A DNA stretch of 64,000 nt from a virus (lineage: Duplodnaviria; Heunggongvirae; Uroviricota; Caudoviricetes). The first letter of the stretch is position 1. Every line of letters begins with the position of its first letter. A program made the position numbers and the translations under genes. Location of the stretch: IMG/VR virus record IMGVR_UViG_3300046003_006038, positions 64,001 through 128,000 of that record, one strand, 5' to 3'. This document shows, in pieces, positions 33,879-44,173 of this stretch. Under the pieces are notes generated by a model. It was not told the origin of the DNA, searched no databases, and saw only the letters and a list, made by a program, of their open reading frames with translations.

Positions 33879-34400
33879 TTATGAATTTTGTTTGAATTTT
33901 CCAATAAATCTTCCATGAATTTTTTCATGACACGGAACACATACTGTTAATCCATTTTCAATATCAAATGCTTTCGAAAAATCCTCACTAAATGGAATAA
34001 TATGATGAGCTTGTAGAAACCCTTTTGAACCACATTTTTGACATGTAAAATGATCTCTTTCAAATACTAATTTTCTCCATTCCAACAATCTTGGATCATT
34101 TCTCCTCTTTTGATTGGTATTTGTTATTCCACCTTTCCAGTTATTATTTGCTGGGCCTGTTTGATTTCTCCCGTAAGCTGGATTTTCAGGGCCCTTTTTA
34201 AATCTTGTCTTTTTATTAGCTTCAGAATCTTTCATAGATTTTGAAAGGTTCTTACAATGCTCCTCTGTCTTTTTTCTGCCTAATAAATTACTAGATATTA
34301 ACTTACTTTTACATTCCTTACCACAGGTCTTGTAATTATCCCAATGCTGTGTTTCAAATACGTTATTACATATTAGACAAGTCTTTTTTACCTTTGCCAT
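33879..34400 (-). mobile_element. HNH homing endonuclease with Zn-finger/NUMOD3-like N-terminus
   Basis: ERDHFTCQKCG...AHHIIP...NGLTVCVPCHEKIH. Confidence 0.85.
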
Positions 34401-34442
34401 AGCTTTTATTATAAATAGCTATTCCTCCAGAAAAACTTCCTA

Positions 34443-34688
34443 CTATAATTGATAACTTTGACGATCTCCTAAGGAAGGTTCTACTTCTGATTGTTGAGTT
34501 TTAAAGTACTCCTGTAAGAACTCTCTACGATATAGTAATACTTCTCCTTTGTATCGAGTATTGCTAATTTCTCTTCTACCTATTTTTTCATTTGCTTTAC
34601 CAGCTGCTGTTGCTACTTGCTTCCCTAATTCACCTCCTGCTGCATAACCTAAGTAATCGTATAACGATATTAATCCTGTTTCTTCCAT
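34443..34688 (-). CDS. Hypothetical protein
   Basis: ORF track. Confidence 0.65.
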   Translation of the reverse strand: MEETGLISLYDYLGYAAGGELGKQVATAAGKANEKIGRREISNTRYKGEVLLYRREFLQEYFKTQQSEVEPSLGDRQSYQL

Positions 34689-34819
34689 ATTGAATTTATT
34701 TTATATTTAATGTACGAAATACTTCCTCCTACTGCAACAAAAAATGCAGAAATATTTAACAGACTTGGATGCCAGTGGTCACCGCAAATCCCTAGTGCGT
34801 GTCTTAATGCTTCTCCCAT
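34670..34819 (-). CDS. Small hypothetical protein (MGEALRHALGICGDHWHP...)
   Basis: Manual 49-aa translation filling the gap. Confidence 0.45.
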   Translation of the reverse strand: MGEALRHALGICGDHWHPSLLNISAFFVAVGGSISYIKYKINSIWKKQD

Positions 34820-34821
34820 TT

Positions 34822-35133
34822 TTATGCATCAATTGTAGTCATTGTTTTCATTTTCTCCTGCACTTCGTTCCAAGTATTTATATACTCTTTAATTGATGTA
34901 AAGTGTTTTTTACTATCTACATTTAGTAGTTCTCTTGAAATAACTTTTAAGGCAAAATTAAAAGTGGAGGGATAGCATACTGTTCTTAAGTACGGTTTAT
35001 CGTCCTTACCTCTATTTACCCGTTCGTAGATTGTATATCCTCCGCTACTTGATTTTGTAATGAAAAATGGTTCCATAATCGGATCTTCGATGAGTGTATC
35101 ATCTGCTGGTATTGAGTCTGGGTTTCGTAACAT
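34822..35133 (-). CDS. Hypothetical protein
   Basis: ORF track. Confidence 0.65.
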   Translation of the reverse strand: MLRNPDSIPADDTLIEDPIMEPFFITKSSSGGYTIYERVNRGKDDKPYLRTVCYPSTFNFALKVISRELLNVDSKKHFTSIKEYINTWNEVQEKMKTMTTIDA

Positions 35134-35139
35134 TTGTTT

Positions 35140-35403
35140 TTATTTTAAGATTAATTCTTTTAATTGCTCTTCTGAAAGTCTTCCTGGTTGAGCTTTAATT
35201 TCTTTTCCATCTTCAAGAACAACTGTGTGAGGAATTCCTCTCACTTTATACTGTCCTGATAGGTTATCCGGATCTTCTTCGACATTAATTTCTAAGAATT
35301 CAATGTCTCCCTGTAATTCTTCCCTTACTTTTGTGAAGGTTGGTCCATATATTCTACATGGTCCGCACCAGTTTGCATAAAATTTAATTACCTGCTTTGC
35401 CAT
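35140..35403 (-). CDS. trxA: Thioredoxin
   Basis: FYANWCGPC, VRGIP; near nrdAB. Confidence 0.9.
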   Translation of the reverse strand: MAKQVIKFYANWCGPCRIYGPTFTKVREELQGDIEFLEINVEEDPDNLSGQYKVRGIPHTVVLEDGKEIKAQPGRLSEEQLKELILK

Positions 35404-35542
35404 ATGCTCCTTTTGATTTGTAGTGATCAGCTTTGCTGAATTTGCTTTGTGACTGTTCTTTCTTAGGTAATACTGTTCTTCCTAAGGTTGGAATCCATTC
35501 CATTAATTGAGTGTACATACTCCTTGCTGAATTTTTAGACAT
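35384..35542 (-). CDS. Small basic hypothetical protein (MSKNSARSMYTQLMEW...)
   Basis: Manual 52-aa translation. Confidence 0.5.
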   Translation of the reverse strand: MSKNSARSMYTQLMEWIPTLGRTVLPKKEQSQSKFSKADHYKSKGAYGKAGN

Positions 35543-35595
35543 AGATTTTATTTTTGATTATTATTTAATATAGGAAATTTATTTAACAAATACAA

Positions 35596-35802
35596 CTATT
35601 TTTCTACTTTTTTTATGCCTCCCCACTTTAGCATGTTGTTTATTCTATTTTCTAACGTACCAAAATCCCCTACCTCTATGCAATAGGTAAGTTGGCTTAA
35701 TTGGAATTCTCTGGTACTGTTAGGATCTTTTTCATCCCAGTACTCTGGATCTAATTCGTATTTTTGATTTTTGTATGTAATTGTATATTTCTTATCTTTC
35801 AT
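35596..35802 (-). CDS. Hypothetical protein
   Basis: ORF track; follows promoter. Confidence 0.6.
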   Translation of the reverse strand: MKDKKYTITYKNQKYELDPEYWDEKDPNSTREFQLSQLTYCIEVGDFGTLENRINNMLKWGGIKKVEK

Positions 35803-35805
35803 ATA

Positions 35806-35848
35806 ATGTAATATATGAAAAAAAGCTTACCGAAGCAAGCTTTTTTTT
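35806..35848 (-). promoter_or_regulatory. Composite terminator/promoter element
   Basis: AAAGCTTGC-TTCG-GTAAGCTTTTTTT-CATATATTA. Confidence 0.6.
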
Positions 35849-35850
35849 AA

Positions 35851-36330
35851 CTATTTTTCATATACTTCAGCTTTATTTGAATCTACAGCAATTTCGTGAA
35901 AAACTACTCGCCCTTGTTCAATTGCCTTTTTTATATTCTTCTGTTTTGTAGATAGGGAAGAACTTCCACTTTTTACTTCAATAAAGTGTACTTCACATTT
36001 TGTTTTGCTGTCTGTGTGAGTGAATCCCACATAGTCAATTGGCATTCCGATAAACACCACATCTTCAGGTGGTAGTGGAAATTTTGTCATGAAAGGAACA
36101 AAATGTTCTATGCTCTTTCCCCAATTTACTGCTGAAGATCTGAATGTTGAGTCTTTCCTTACTTTTGCTTTTTCGATAATGTGAGCAGCTGCCGTTTCTT
36201 CAATCTGTTTTTTTAGCTGTGTTACCTCATGCACATATTCTCTTAGTTTTACAGTTAGTAAAAAAATTACGCTTGCTAGAAATAGTGAAATAATTAATAG
36301 TGTCATATTTTTAATTTTTTTATCCGTCAC
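35851..36330 (-). CDS. PD-(D/E)xK Holliday-junction-resolvase-like endonuclease with N-terminal TM
   Basis: GKSIEHFVPF...FIGMPIDYVGF...FIEVKSG...KQKNIK. Confidence 0.75.
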   Translation of the reverse strand: MTDKKIKNMTLLIISLFLASVIFLLTVKLREYVHEVTQLKKQIEETAAAHIIEKAKVRKDSTFRSSAVNWGKSIEHFVPFMTKFPLPPEDVVFIGMPIDYVGFTHTDSKTKCEVHFIEVKSGSSSLSTKQKNIKKAIEQGRVVFHEIAVDSNKAEVYEK

Positions 36331-38029
36331 AGCTTAAACAGTCTTCAGAAGTTCTACTTCCAATGTCCCCATTTATGACAGAATCCGTTCGTAAATAATA
36401 TAACGTTTTTAATCCAAGTTTCCAAGCTGTCTGGTGAACAAGGTTTATGAATTTAGGACTATCACTTGGATCGAATGCTAAGTTTAGTGATTGAGCTTGA
36501 TCTACGTATTTCTGTCTTACTGAAGCCTGTTCTACTAAAGCCAATTGGTTTATTTCTGCAAATGTTAAGAATACTTCCTTATCGTCAAACGGCATAATGT
36601 CTTCCGGTAGATTTGCAATTGATCCTCTATCTTTAAGAATCTGTTGCCATACTTCTTCTGAGTTATGTCCTTTGTCTTCTAAATACTTTTCTAATACTGG
36701 GTTCTTTCTAATGAAAGTTCCTTTAGAAGAATTAAATGTATAGACATTTGCTGGGATTGGTTCAATACCTGCTGATACTCCTCCTGAGATTGTTGAGTTA
36801 GAAACTGTTGGAGCAATTGCAATTAAATGCGTATTTCTCATTCCTGTTCCTTTACACCAGATTGGCTCCCCATACTCTTCAGCTAATTTTCTAGAAGCTG
36901 CTTCTGCTTGTGTTTTAATTTGAGAGAAAATTCTATTTGTCCAAGAAGTAGATGCAATTGAATTAAATGGCAATCCTTTTGCTTGTAAGAATGAATGCCA
37001 TCCTAAAACTCCTAACCCTAATGCTCTTCCTTTCTTAGCTGATCTATGTGCTCTAATTAAAGAATCTTTACCATTTGTTTTAACTAAGAACTCTTCTAAT
37101 ACTCCATCTAAGAAATAGATTGCTGTTTCAACTAAATCAGTATCTTTCCACTCATCGTATTTTGTAATATTCAAAGAAGATAAACAACAAACAAATGAAT
37201 GCTCTTCATCAGTATGTAATGCAATCTCTGAACAAATGTTTGTCATTGTTACATCTAAATTATTCTTAACGTATGCTGGTGGATTAGCGTTGTTAACATT
37301 ATCCTTAAACATAATATAAGGTTCTCCTGTTTCAACTCTTGATTTTAAAATCTCAACCCATAGTTCCATTGCTTCTGGATCTCTATGGTCTAACCTCTGC
37401 ATAAATTTATCATCAATAGAAACACATTGGTGTAAATTTAAACACTGACGGTTTGGATCTCCTTGAGGTCTTCTAATACGTAAAAACTCTTTTATATCTT
37501 CGTGATTGATATCTAAGTTTACAGAAGCTGCTCCTCTACGAACTGATCCTTGATTTGTAGCAATGATAGTTGAATCATAGATCTTAGCCCAAGGTACAAT
37601 TCCTTCTGAGTTACCGGTATCGCCATTTGCGATCTTTTTCCCTCTTCCTCTAACTCTGTTTAACCCTATACCAACTCCTCCTCCTAAAGAGGTAAGTCTC
37701 ATTAGTTCTGCATTAGTTAACCCTATCCCTCTGATTGAATCAGGAGTATCTATACCGAAACATGAGATTGGTAATCCTTTATCTGTTCCAGTGTTTGATA
37801 GTACAGGTGAAGCTAGGTTTAACCAACCCTTCCACATATACTTAAAAAATTTGTTTGCTAGATCTGGTCGATCTAATCTCTTAGCTACTGCATCAGCAAC
37901 TCTTCTGTAAGCTTTCTTTGGATTCTCATCAGGCAATAAATATCCGTTTGAAATTGTTGCCAAAGATACTTCATTCATCCATTCCGGATAATCTACACCT
38001 GGTTTCCAGGCACTGTAATCTACTCCCAT
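36320..38029 (-). CDS. nrdA: Class I ribonucleotide reductase alpha subunit (no ATP cone)
   Basis: SPVLSN, PISCF, GGGVG, TNICSEI, LGLGVLG, IAPT, KTLYY, C-terminal CLSC. Confidence 0.95.
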   Translation of the reverse strand: MGVDYSAWKPGVDYPEWMNEVSLATISNGYLLPDENPKKAYRRVADAVAKRLDRPDLANKFFKYMWKGWLNLASPVLSNTGTDKGLPISCFGIDTPDSIRGIGLTNAELMRLTSLGGGVGIGLNRVRGRGKKIANGDTGNSEGIVPWAKIYDSTIIATNQGSVRRGAASVNLDINHEDIKEFLRIRRPQGDPNRQCLNLHQCVSIDDKFMQRLDHRDPEAMELWVEILKSRVETGEPYIMFKDNVNNANPPAYVKNNLDVTMTNICSEIALHTDEEHSFVCCLSSLNITKYDEWKDTDLVETAIYFLDGVLEEFLVKTNGKDSLIRAHRSAKKGRALGLGVLGWHSFLQAKGLPFNSIASTSWTNRIFSQIKTQAEAASRKLAEEYGEPIWCKGTGMRNTHLIAIAPTVSNSTISGGVSAGIEPIPANVYTFNSSKGTFIRKNPVLEKYLEDKGHNSEEVWQQILKDRGSIANLPEDIMPFDDKEVFLTFAEINQLALVEQASVRQKYVDQAQSLNLAFDPSDSPKFINLVHQTAWKLGLKTLYYLRTDSVINGDIGSRTSEDCLSCDG

Positions 38030-38038
38030 AAAATTAAA

Positions 38039-39016
38039 TTAAAATGCGTTGTCCCAATCCATATGCCCTTTGGCATAATTTGTTACTCTATTTGCGAAAA
38101 AATCTGTATGCTGTTTTCCTGCTACTACAGCATCAAACCACAACATTTGCTTTAAAGCTCCTTTATCAATTTGATCTGAAGGTATTAGAGGTTTTAGTCC
38201 TAAATCTCCCATCTTAGTATTTACTCTGTGTTTGATAAAGTTTTTTAATTCCTCTTTAGATAAGTTCTCTAAATCTCCCATTTCAAATACTTTATCTATA
38301 AAATTAAATTCTAATTCTAGAGCAAGGGTTGCTGCTTGCCTAATATCGTTGATAAGTCTTTCTGTCTTTAGTTCTGGATACTCTTCCATTAAGGTTCTGA
38401 ATAACCAGCATCCTGCCTCAGAGTGAAGTGATTCATCTCTCACAGACCACTCTACGATTTGTCCTACTCCTTTTAATTTGTTTCTCATTTTAAATGATAA
38501 CAATACTGCAAAAGAAGAGAATAGGTTTACTCCTTCGGTAAATGCTGAGAATATTGCTAGTGATCTAGCTGCTTCATGCCAGTCTGTTTCTCCTGCATTT
38601 CCGTCTCTAACATCCATTAGAGATTGAATTTTAGCTGCAGTTGATTCGTCTTCCAAGAATTCTGCGAAATTATCCAAACCTAATTGCTCGTTTAATAGAG
38701 CATATGCTTCAGCATGGATTGTTTCAAAGGCTCCAAAGGTAGTCGCCATCATAATAACTTCAGGTTTTCTAAACCATTTTGTTACTAAAGATGTCCAGTA
38801 ATCATTTACTACTGTTTCTGTTTGTGCAAACCCTTTTAGAATTCCTCCTATAAGATTCTTTTCGTGTGGTTTAAGGTTTGAATTCCAATCTGTTACGTCT
38901 TGTGACATTGGAACTTCTGTATGTAACCAGTGCGCTTGGTGCGCTTTAAGCCAGTAATCGTGTGCTTGTGGGTATTCAAATGGTTTGTAAACTATGCGTT
39001 CGTCTTTTAGACTCAT
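38039..39016 (-). CDS. nrdB: Class I ribonucleotide reductase beta subunit
   Basis: ETIHAEAY, EGVNLFSSF, RDESLH di-metal motifs. Confidence 0.95.
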   Translation of the reverse strand: MSLKDERIVYKPFEYPQAHDYWLKAHQAHWLHTEVPMSQDVTDWNSNLKPHEKNLIGGILKGFAQTETVVNDYWTSLVTKWFRKPEVIMMATTFGAFETIHAEAYALLNEQLGLDNFAEFLEDESTAAKIQSLMDVRDGNAGETDWHEAARSLAIFSAFTEGVNLFSSFAVLLSFKMRNKLKGVGQIVEWSVRDESLHSEAGCWLFRTLMEEYPELKTERLINDIRQAATLALELEFNFIDKVFEMGDLENLSKEELKNFIKHRVNTKMGDLGLKPLIPSDQIDKGALKQMLWFDAVVAGKQHTDFFANRVTNYAKGHMDWDNAF

Positions 39017-39069
39017 ATTCGCTTTTTTTTAAAGGGTTATAGATTATGACTGTAGAAATAAATAGGCTT

Positions 39070-40422
39070 TTAGACTGGAATTTGAGATTCTAATTCAAAG
39101 AACTTATTAGCAATATCTTTGTAACTCCCTCTCTGTTTATCCCCTGATTCGTCTATCAACATGTTACCTAAAATTTCTATATGTCCGTTATTTGTATCAA
39201 CTTTTGCATCCCAAGTCATACCGTCCATTCCGTATCTGTTCTTCATAACGTGAATTCTTCCCGTTCCTAAAACCTTATCTTCTTTCATTCTTGATAAAGA
39301 TAAACAAACGTCTGCTACCATCATCTTATCGTAAGAACCTGCTGCTTTATCACCTTCAATAACTGAATCCTTAGCACCCATTCTATTAACTTGAGATGGT
39401 GTTAGAATAGGAATTTGTAGTTCCTTAGCTAATCCCTTTGTTGCAATAAATACATCATCAATTTCATCTTTTCTCTCTGTGAAACGAGATTTCGAAGGTG
39501 CTTTTAAATAATCGACATAGTCAATAACAATCATATCTGGTTTATGATCCATATCAATACATTTCTGGATATGAGATTTAATTGTGTTAATTGAAGCTCC
39601 TTTTGGAGGATACTCTTTTACAATAAGTTTTCCTTTTAGTTTACCTACAATCTTCTCAACTTCTCCTCTATGTTTATTTACTTCTTCAATTCCATATCCT
39701 GTAAAGTAACAGTCAAAACGTTTTCCTACATAATCCTCTCCAAGCTCTAAAGTATAGTAATTTACATTGTAGCCCAGTAGTACTGCATGTGCTGCTGCTG
39801 CAACCATTGTCCAAGACTTTCCTCCTCCGGGATTACCGAACATAATAACTAAATCTCCAGGTCCAAATCCTCCTCCAATAGTTTCATTCATAATCGGCCA
39901 AGGTGTTGGAATAGTTGGTCTGTAGTTTTCTCTATAACGACTCTCTACATCTTTGTTGTACTCATGCCCCATATTTTTATCCATACCAGCTCTCATAGCT
40001 CTTTCAATCAATCCTCTAATACCGTCAAAGTCTCCTTGGTTTAAAAGGTCTGCTGAGTTTAGTAATGCTGCTTTAAGTTCTTGGTTTTTTGCAAATGTAG
40101 TAAATTCTTCTACAACGTATGCTAAATCTTCCTGAGTTGCTTCGTAACAGTTTCTTAATTCAGATTTAACTGCTACTTGTAGTATATCATTTTCTACTTT
40201 CTGTAATTCAATTTTTAATGCTTCTAATGAAATTGTAGTATGATATTTGTCGTAATACTTAATTGTAGTTTCTAGAATCCATTTATGTGCATCTGAATCG
40301 AAGTAATCCGGTCTTAACAAATCTCTTGTGTTAAGTAAGAATTTCTTATCCGTTAATAATGCCCCTAATACCTTTAATTGGAATCCTTTCCCGTAGGAAG
40401 ATAGTTTTGCTAATGATGTCAT
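39070..40422 (-). CDS. Replicative SF4 helicase (DnaB/T4 gp41-like)
   Basis: GNPGGGKS Walker A, IVIDYVD, SQVNR, KNRYG. Confidence 0.92.
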   Translation of the reverse strand: MTSLAKLSSYGKGFQLKVLGALLTDKKFLLNTRDLLRPDYFDSDAHKWILETTIKYYDKYHTTISLEALKIELQKVENDILQVAVKSELRNCYEATQEDLAYVVEEFTTFAKNQELKAALLNSADLLNQGDFDGIRGLIERAMRAGMDKNMGHEYNKDVESRYRENYRPTIPTPWPIMNETIGGGFGPGDLVIMFGNPGGGKSWTMVAAAAHAVLLGYNVNYYTLELGEDYVGKRFDCYFTGYGIEEVNKHRGEVEKIVGKLKGKLIVKEYPPKGASINTIKSHIQKCIDMDHKPDMIVIDYVDYLKAPSKSRFTERKDEIDDVFIATKGLAKELQIPILTPSQVNRMGAKDSVIEGDKAAGSYDKMMVADVCLSLSRMKEDKVLGTGRIHVMKNRYGMDGMTWDAKVDTNNGHIEILGNMLIDESGDKQRGSYKDIANKFFELESQIPV

Positions 40423-40442
40423 ACAACTTATTTTATTATAAC

Positions 40443-41468
40443 TTATTTTTTATATGTCGAAAGCGGTCTGAATAATTCTAACCATCCTTCAACGTTTTTG
40501 TTTAAAGCTTCGATTTGATCTGCCTCTAACATGTTTAAAAAAGTAACAACCTGTAATGCCGGTGTTGGCTCTTTTATCTTATCTAATATATGAACTATTT
40601 CGTAATCTCCCAACCTTGGCTGTAAAAGATTCATCAATTCATAGTTAGTTTTTACCTTTTCCCATTCATATATGATTTTTGCAAAAACTTTCTTATCCTG
40701 TAATCCTTTTTCACAAACTTCATAAATATCCTCTAAAGAAAAGCCTGGTTTGTTCTCTAATCCTGGAAATTCTTTTATAAGTGTTTTAGGTCCTAACCCT
40801 TTTATTCCTGTAAGGTTATCTGAGTTATCACCTAGAAGTGCTTTCATTATTAGGTAATTCTCAGGAATCATACCTATTTCTTCCTGTACCTCTTTTTTTC
40901 CATAGGTTTTTTTCTTAATAGGGGAATAAACCTTAATGTTTTCATCCACTATTTGTAAAAAATCCTTATCAGAAGAAACGATTGTTACCTTCTTATTATT
41001 AGCTCCAAATTTCTGAGCTAGGTAAGATATGGTATCATCTGCTTCTATTTTGTCTATAGAGATTAAGGTGATAGGAAGGCATTGTAAGTATTCTACTAGT
41101 CTATGCATTTGCATAGTCATTGATGCGTACTCATCTTCTTTATCATCAAACAGTTCCCAATTAGTAATCCTTTTAATGTTTCTATTTGCTTTGTATTCCG
41201 GGTCAATATTTTTTCTACTTGAAGAAGAAGCTTGTCCGTCAAATACGCAAATGATTCTGGTAGGGTCAATTGTTCTCATCAAGAATCCTAACGATCTCAA
41301 GAAACCTACCAATCCTCCTGTATGATGGCCTTGAGGATTAATTGATTGTAGCATTGCAAAACTTCTAATAAACGTATTCATCGAATCTACAATAAGTACG
41401 TGATCATTTAGCTTTCTGTCAGGCCTTTTTTCTAATCCTTTTAGGATTTCACTATAACTTTTTTCCAT
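40443..41468 (-). CDS. 5'-3' exonuclease / flap endonuclease (RNase H-like, PolA N-terminal family)
   Basis: VDSMN, FDG, YKANR, EADD, SSDKDFLQ, GDNSDNLTGIKGLG; start at MEKSY. Confidence 0.92.
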   Translation of the reverse strand: MEKSYSEILKGLEKRPDRKLNDHVLIVDSMNTFIRSFAMLQSINPQGHHTGGLVGFLRSLGFLMRTIDPTRIICVFDGQASSSSRKNIDPEYKANRNIKRITNWELFDDKEDEYASMTMQMHRLVEYLQCLPITLISIDKIEADDTISYLAQKFGANNKKVTIVSSDKDFLQIVDENIKVYSPIKKKTYGKKEVQEEIGMIPENYLIMKALLGDNSDNLTGIKGLGPKTLIKEFPGLENKPGFSLEDIYEVCEKGLQDKKVFAKIIYEWEKVKTNYELMNLLQPRLGDYEIVHILDKIKEPTPALQVVTFLNMLEADQIEALNKNVEGWLELFRPLSTYKK

Positions 41469-41470
41469 TT

Positions 41471-42058
41471 TTATAAATATTTCCACACAAACCCTCCTGC
41501 TGTTTTTTGTCTTCCTTTTAAACAATCTACTATTGTAGTTATACCTGTTTGTACTTTTGCTTTTTTGGCAGACGAGTATTTTGCCACAAAATCTCCACTT
41601 GGAGTCAGTTGCTGTACTGGTTTTGATCGTATCTCCGAAAGTATTTTCCTACTTGCAAGCATTGCATCTGTTGGATTTTTATTCTTTTCTAGTAACGTAT
41701 TTGAAACTTTTAAATTCTGTTCTTGTGTTCTTACTATCAATTTATTTCTTTCCGACGATATTTTTGCAGTAGATGCTTTTACCTCTTGGTAGATTTTTGC
41801 AGACTTTTTCTCTCCTACTCTATTTGCCATTCGCATAAATGCATAAGCTCTTGCTTGTGTAGCAGATACTGTATATAGTAGCAAATGTGATATATAATGC
41901 TCTTTTGCTGTTAACAATACTAGGTTTTCCTTTCTATTAGATCCTCCTTCACTTCTAGGAATTATGTGGTGATTTTCGTAATAGATCCCTTGTCCTTTTT
42001 TTCTCTGCTCTTTTTTTGCTCGATCAATTATTTGATCATAAATTCTTTGATAATTCAT
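41471..42058 (-). mobile_element. HNH-type homing endonuclease with NUMOD1-like C-terminus
   Basis: MNYQRIYDQIIDRAK...YYENHHIIP..EGG...NLVLLTAKEHYISH; paralog of 22239-22916. Confidence 0.82.
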
Positions 42059-42165
42059 AATAAAAAAAGCTTAGGTTTTCGGGGTAACGGACCCTACTCA
42101 CCATAAGCTTTAGTTGGTATTTTATGTATATTTGTAGCCGTTACCCTACATATATAAATAGCAAC
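42059..42165 (-). ncRNA. Conserved two-hairpin kissing-loop element upstream of HNH gene (copy 2)
   Basis: Same fold as 22917-23024 with compensatory changes. Confidence 0.75.
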
Positions 42166-42177
42166 TTTTATTAGTAA

Positions 42178-43254
42178 TTAATCATCACTTATTCCAATAT
42201 CTCTAATATCCTCTCCTACTTCGGCCTCTACCGCTACCTCGAAGTCCATTGATCCTAAAATACCTGACCAGGTTCCTTTGTAAGTGTCTTTGTAGTTGTC
42301 GATAGCTTTCTTCTCATCTTCGATGAAACCGTGCTGGGTCATTACAATTGCACCTCTGGATTGAATACCATTGATGTGATTCTTCTCAACTTGAACTTTA
42401 GTCTTCTTAGCAAATTCATACTCCTTACCTTTGGCGATTGCTTTAATCTTAGAAGTGCCTGAGTTTGTAATATTACCGAATGTCACAATTAGAGTTGCAT
42501 CATACCACATTGCCATTCCTCCTTTATTCTGAAGTTTAGGCTGTCCCATTGGATGCTCAGGTTTCATAGTCCATACCTTGTTGATTGCAACTAAAGTATT
42601 TGTGTACTTGCTCCCTTCTTTTCTTGATAACAAAACCTTCTGGTTTAGGTTATTTCCGAATTGAGTTGACATTGCTCCTGCATTCCATTCGTTATTGTTC
42701 TTATTTGACCTAACAGATAAGTCACATGGAACAGATCCAACTGAATCCCAGAAGAAACATAAGTCATAAGGTAGGTTTCCTTTCTTTTGTTCGTCAATTA
42801 AATCTAGGATGTATGCTGCTACATCTTCGATAGTATTTAAACTTCCCCTATCTGCATATAAGAAGAATCCTTGATAGTCAGTAATCTCTCCTGTGTCCTC
42901 GTCAATCACTTCTTCTACTTCTAATCCCATAGTTTGAGCATGTGGCCATGACCATTTCATCTCAGTAATAATGAATACTGGTAGTATACCTCTTTTCTGT
43001 GCAGATACAGCAGCTTCAAGTAGAAGTGTTGTCTTACCTGTATCAGAATGCCCTCTTAATAGGGTAATGTGTCCTGTTGGAATACCAGGTAAAGATACAA
43101 TATCTTGAAAAGCTTTTGAAACAGGAATCCAATCCTGGGTTTTAAACTTGACTGATTGTGAACTAAAGCCCTTATTCTTTTTGAATTTGTCTAAACTAAA
43201 ACCGCCTTTGATTATTTCGCTAGCGGTTTTTGCTGTTTCTTTTTTTGCTCCCAT
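42178..43254 (-). CDS. recA: RecA/UvsX-like recombinase
   Basis: GHSDTGKT Walker A, FFWDSVG, KVQVEKN. Confidence 0.85.
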   Translation of the reverse strand: MGAKKETAKTASEIIKGGFSLDKFKKNKGFSSQSVKFKTQDWIPVSKAFQDIVSLPGIPTGHITLLRGHSDTGKTTLLLEAAVSAQKRGILPVFIITEMKWSWPHAQTMGLEVEEVIDEDTGEITDYQGFFLYADRGSLNTIEDVAAYILDLIDEQKKGNLPYDLCFFWDSVGSVPCDLSVRSNKNNNEWNAGAMSTQFGNNLNQKVLLSRKEGSKYTNTLVAINKVWTMKPEHPMGQPKLQNKGGMAMWYDATLIVTFGNITNSGTSKIKAIAKGKEYEFAKKTKVQVEKNHINGIQSRGAIVMTQHGFIEDEKKAIDNYKDTYKGTWSGILGSMDFEVAVEAEVGEDIRDIGISDD

Positions 43255-43256
43255 TC

Positions 43257-44108
43257 TTAGTTGAATAAATCGTCAAATTTAGAAACTGTACTCTTGTTCC
43301 CTGCTGTTGCATTCTCTAGAGTGAAATCTGTTTTATTACTCCCCAAGGTTTTGTCTAAGTCAGTTTCCTCTGCTTGTACTGGTGCTGGTGCGACTGGTGC
43401 GATTGATTCTGCTGCTACTGGAGCCGGAGATGTTACTTCTTCTCCTGGGTTAAGGTACTCCTGTAATTTTTTCTTAATGAAGTCATAATCGTATTGAGTT
43501 TGTACTTCTAAAGCATTTGGTTGTTCTTTTAGCCATAAATCAACTTGCGTGTTATCGTCTGATAAAGCGGTTTGTTTAGGTTTAATACGAACTGTAGTAG
43601 TCGGGAATTGACCTGGTCCTGCTGCTGGTGTAGTTTCAACAACCATGTCCCATCCATTAATTACATCTGTAAAGTCCCCAATATCTTCATCCTCTGCTAA
43701 AGCCAATAATGCTTTATAGATGTTGATACCGAATGACCAAAGACGTACTCCTTTATCTTCTTCACCTCTTACAATAACAGGTGCAAAATATCTTGATTTA
43801 GGAGATAACTTTCCAGATAATGACCAGTTGTCTTTATCAGAAGTCTTTCTTAATTCTTTTACAAATTCTTCGATTGGATCTTGTTTGCCGTAATTCGACA
43901 ATGACATCATAGGGAACTTCCCGATGTTGTAGTGCAGTTTCAATTCTGTGAAAGGATCTGCAGCATTAAAAGCTGAAGGTACAATTCTAATTGTTGATTT
44001 TCCGTTTGCAGGTCTCCAGTAGATCTTATCGAAGTCTACTTTCTCACGGTCTTGATTTCCGGTGCTGTTTAGAGCGGCCAGTTTTGCTTTAATAGCATTA
44101 ATGTCCAT
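43257..44108 (-). CDS. Single-stranded DNA-binding protein (T4 gp32-like)
   Basis: IRIVP...LWSFG..IY...D...G.D; acidic FDDLFN C-terminus. Confidence 0.8.
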   Translation of the reverse strand: MDINAIKAKLAALNSTGNQDREKVDFDKIYWRPANGKSTIRIVPSAFNAADPFTELKLHYNIGKFPMMSLSNYGKQDPIEEFVKELRKTSDKDNWSLSGKLSPKSRYFAPVIVRGEEDKGVRLWSFGINIYKALLALAEDEDIGDFTDVINGWDMVVETTPAAGPGQFPTTTVRIKPKQTALSDDNTQVDLWLKEQPNALEVQTQYDYDFIKKKLQEYLNPGEEVTSPAPVAAESIAPVAPAPVQAEETDLDKTLGSNKTDFTLENATAGNKSTVSKFDDLFN

Positions 44109-44173
44109 AATGTAACTGATTTTAATTAAAACTTTTATTTATATAATATATGAAAAAAGTTGCAATAATACAA

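Noticed and set aside
40443-41525. Extended N-terminus of exonuclease as given in ORF track
   Set aside because: First 19 codons overlap the HNH gene; MEKSY at 41468 is the more plausible start
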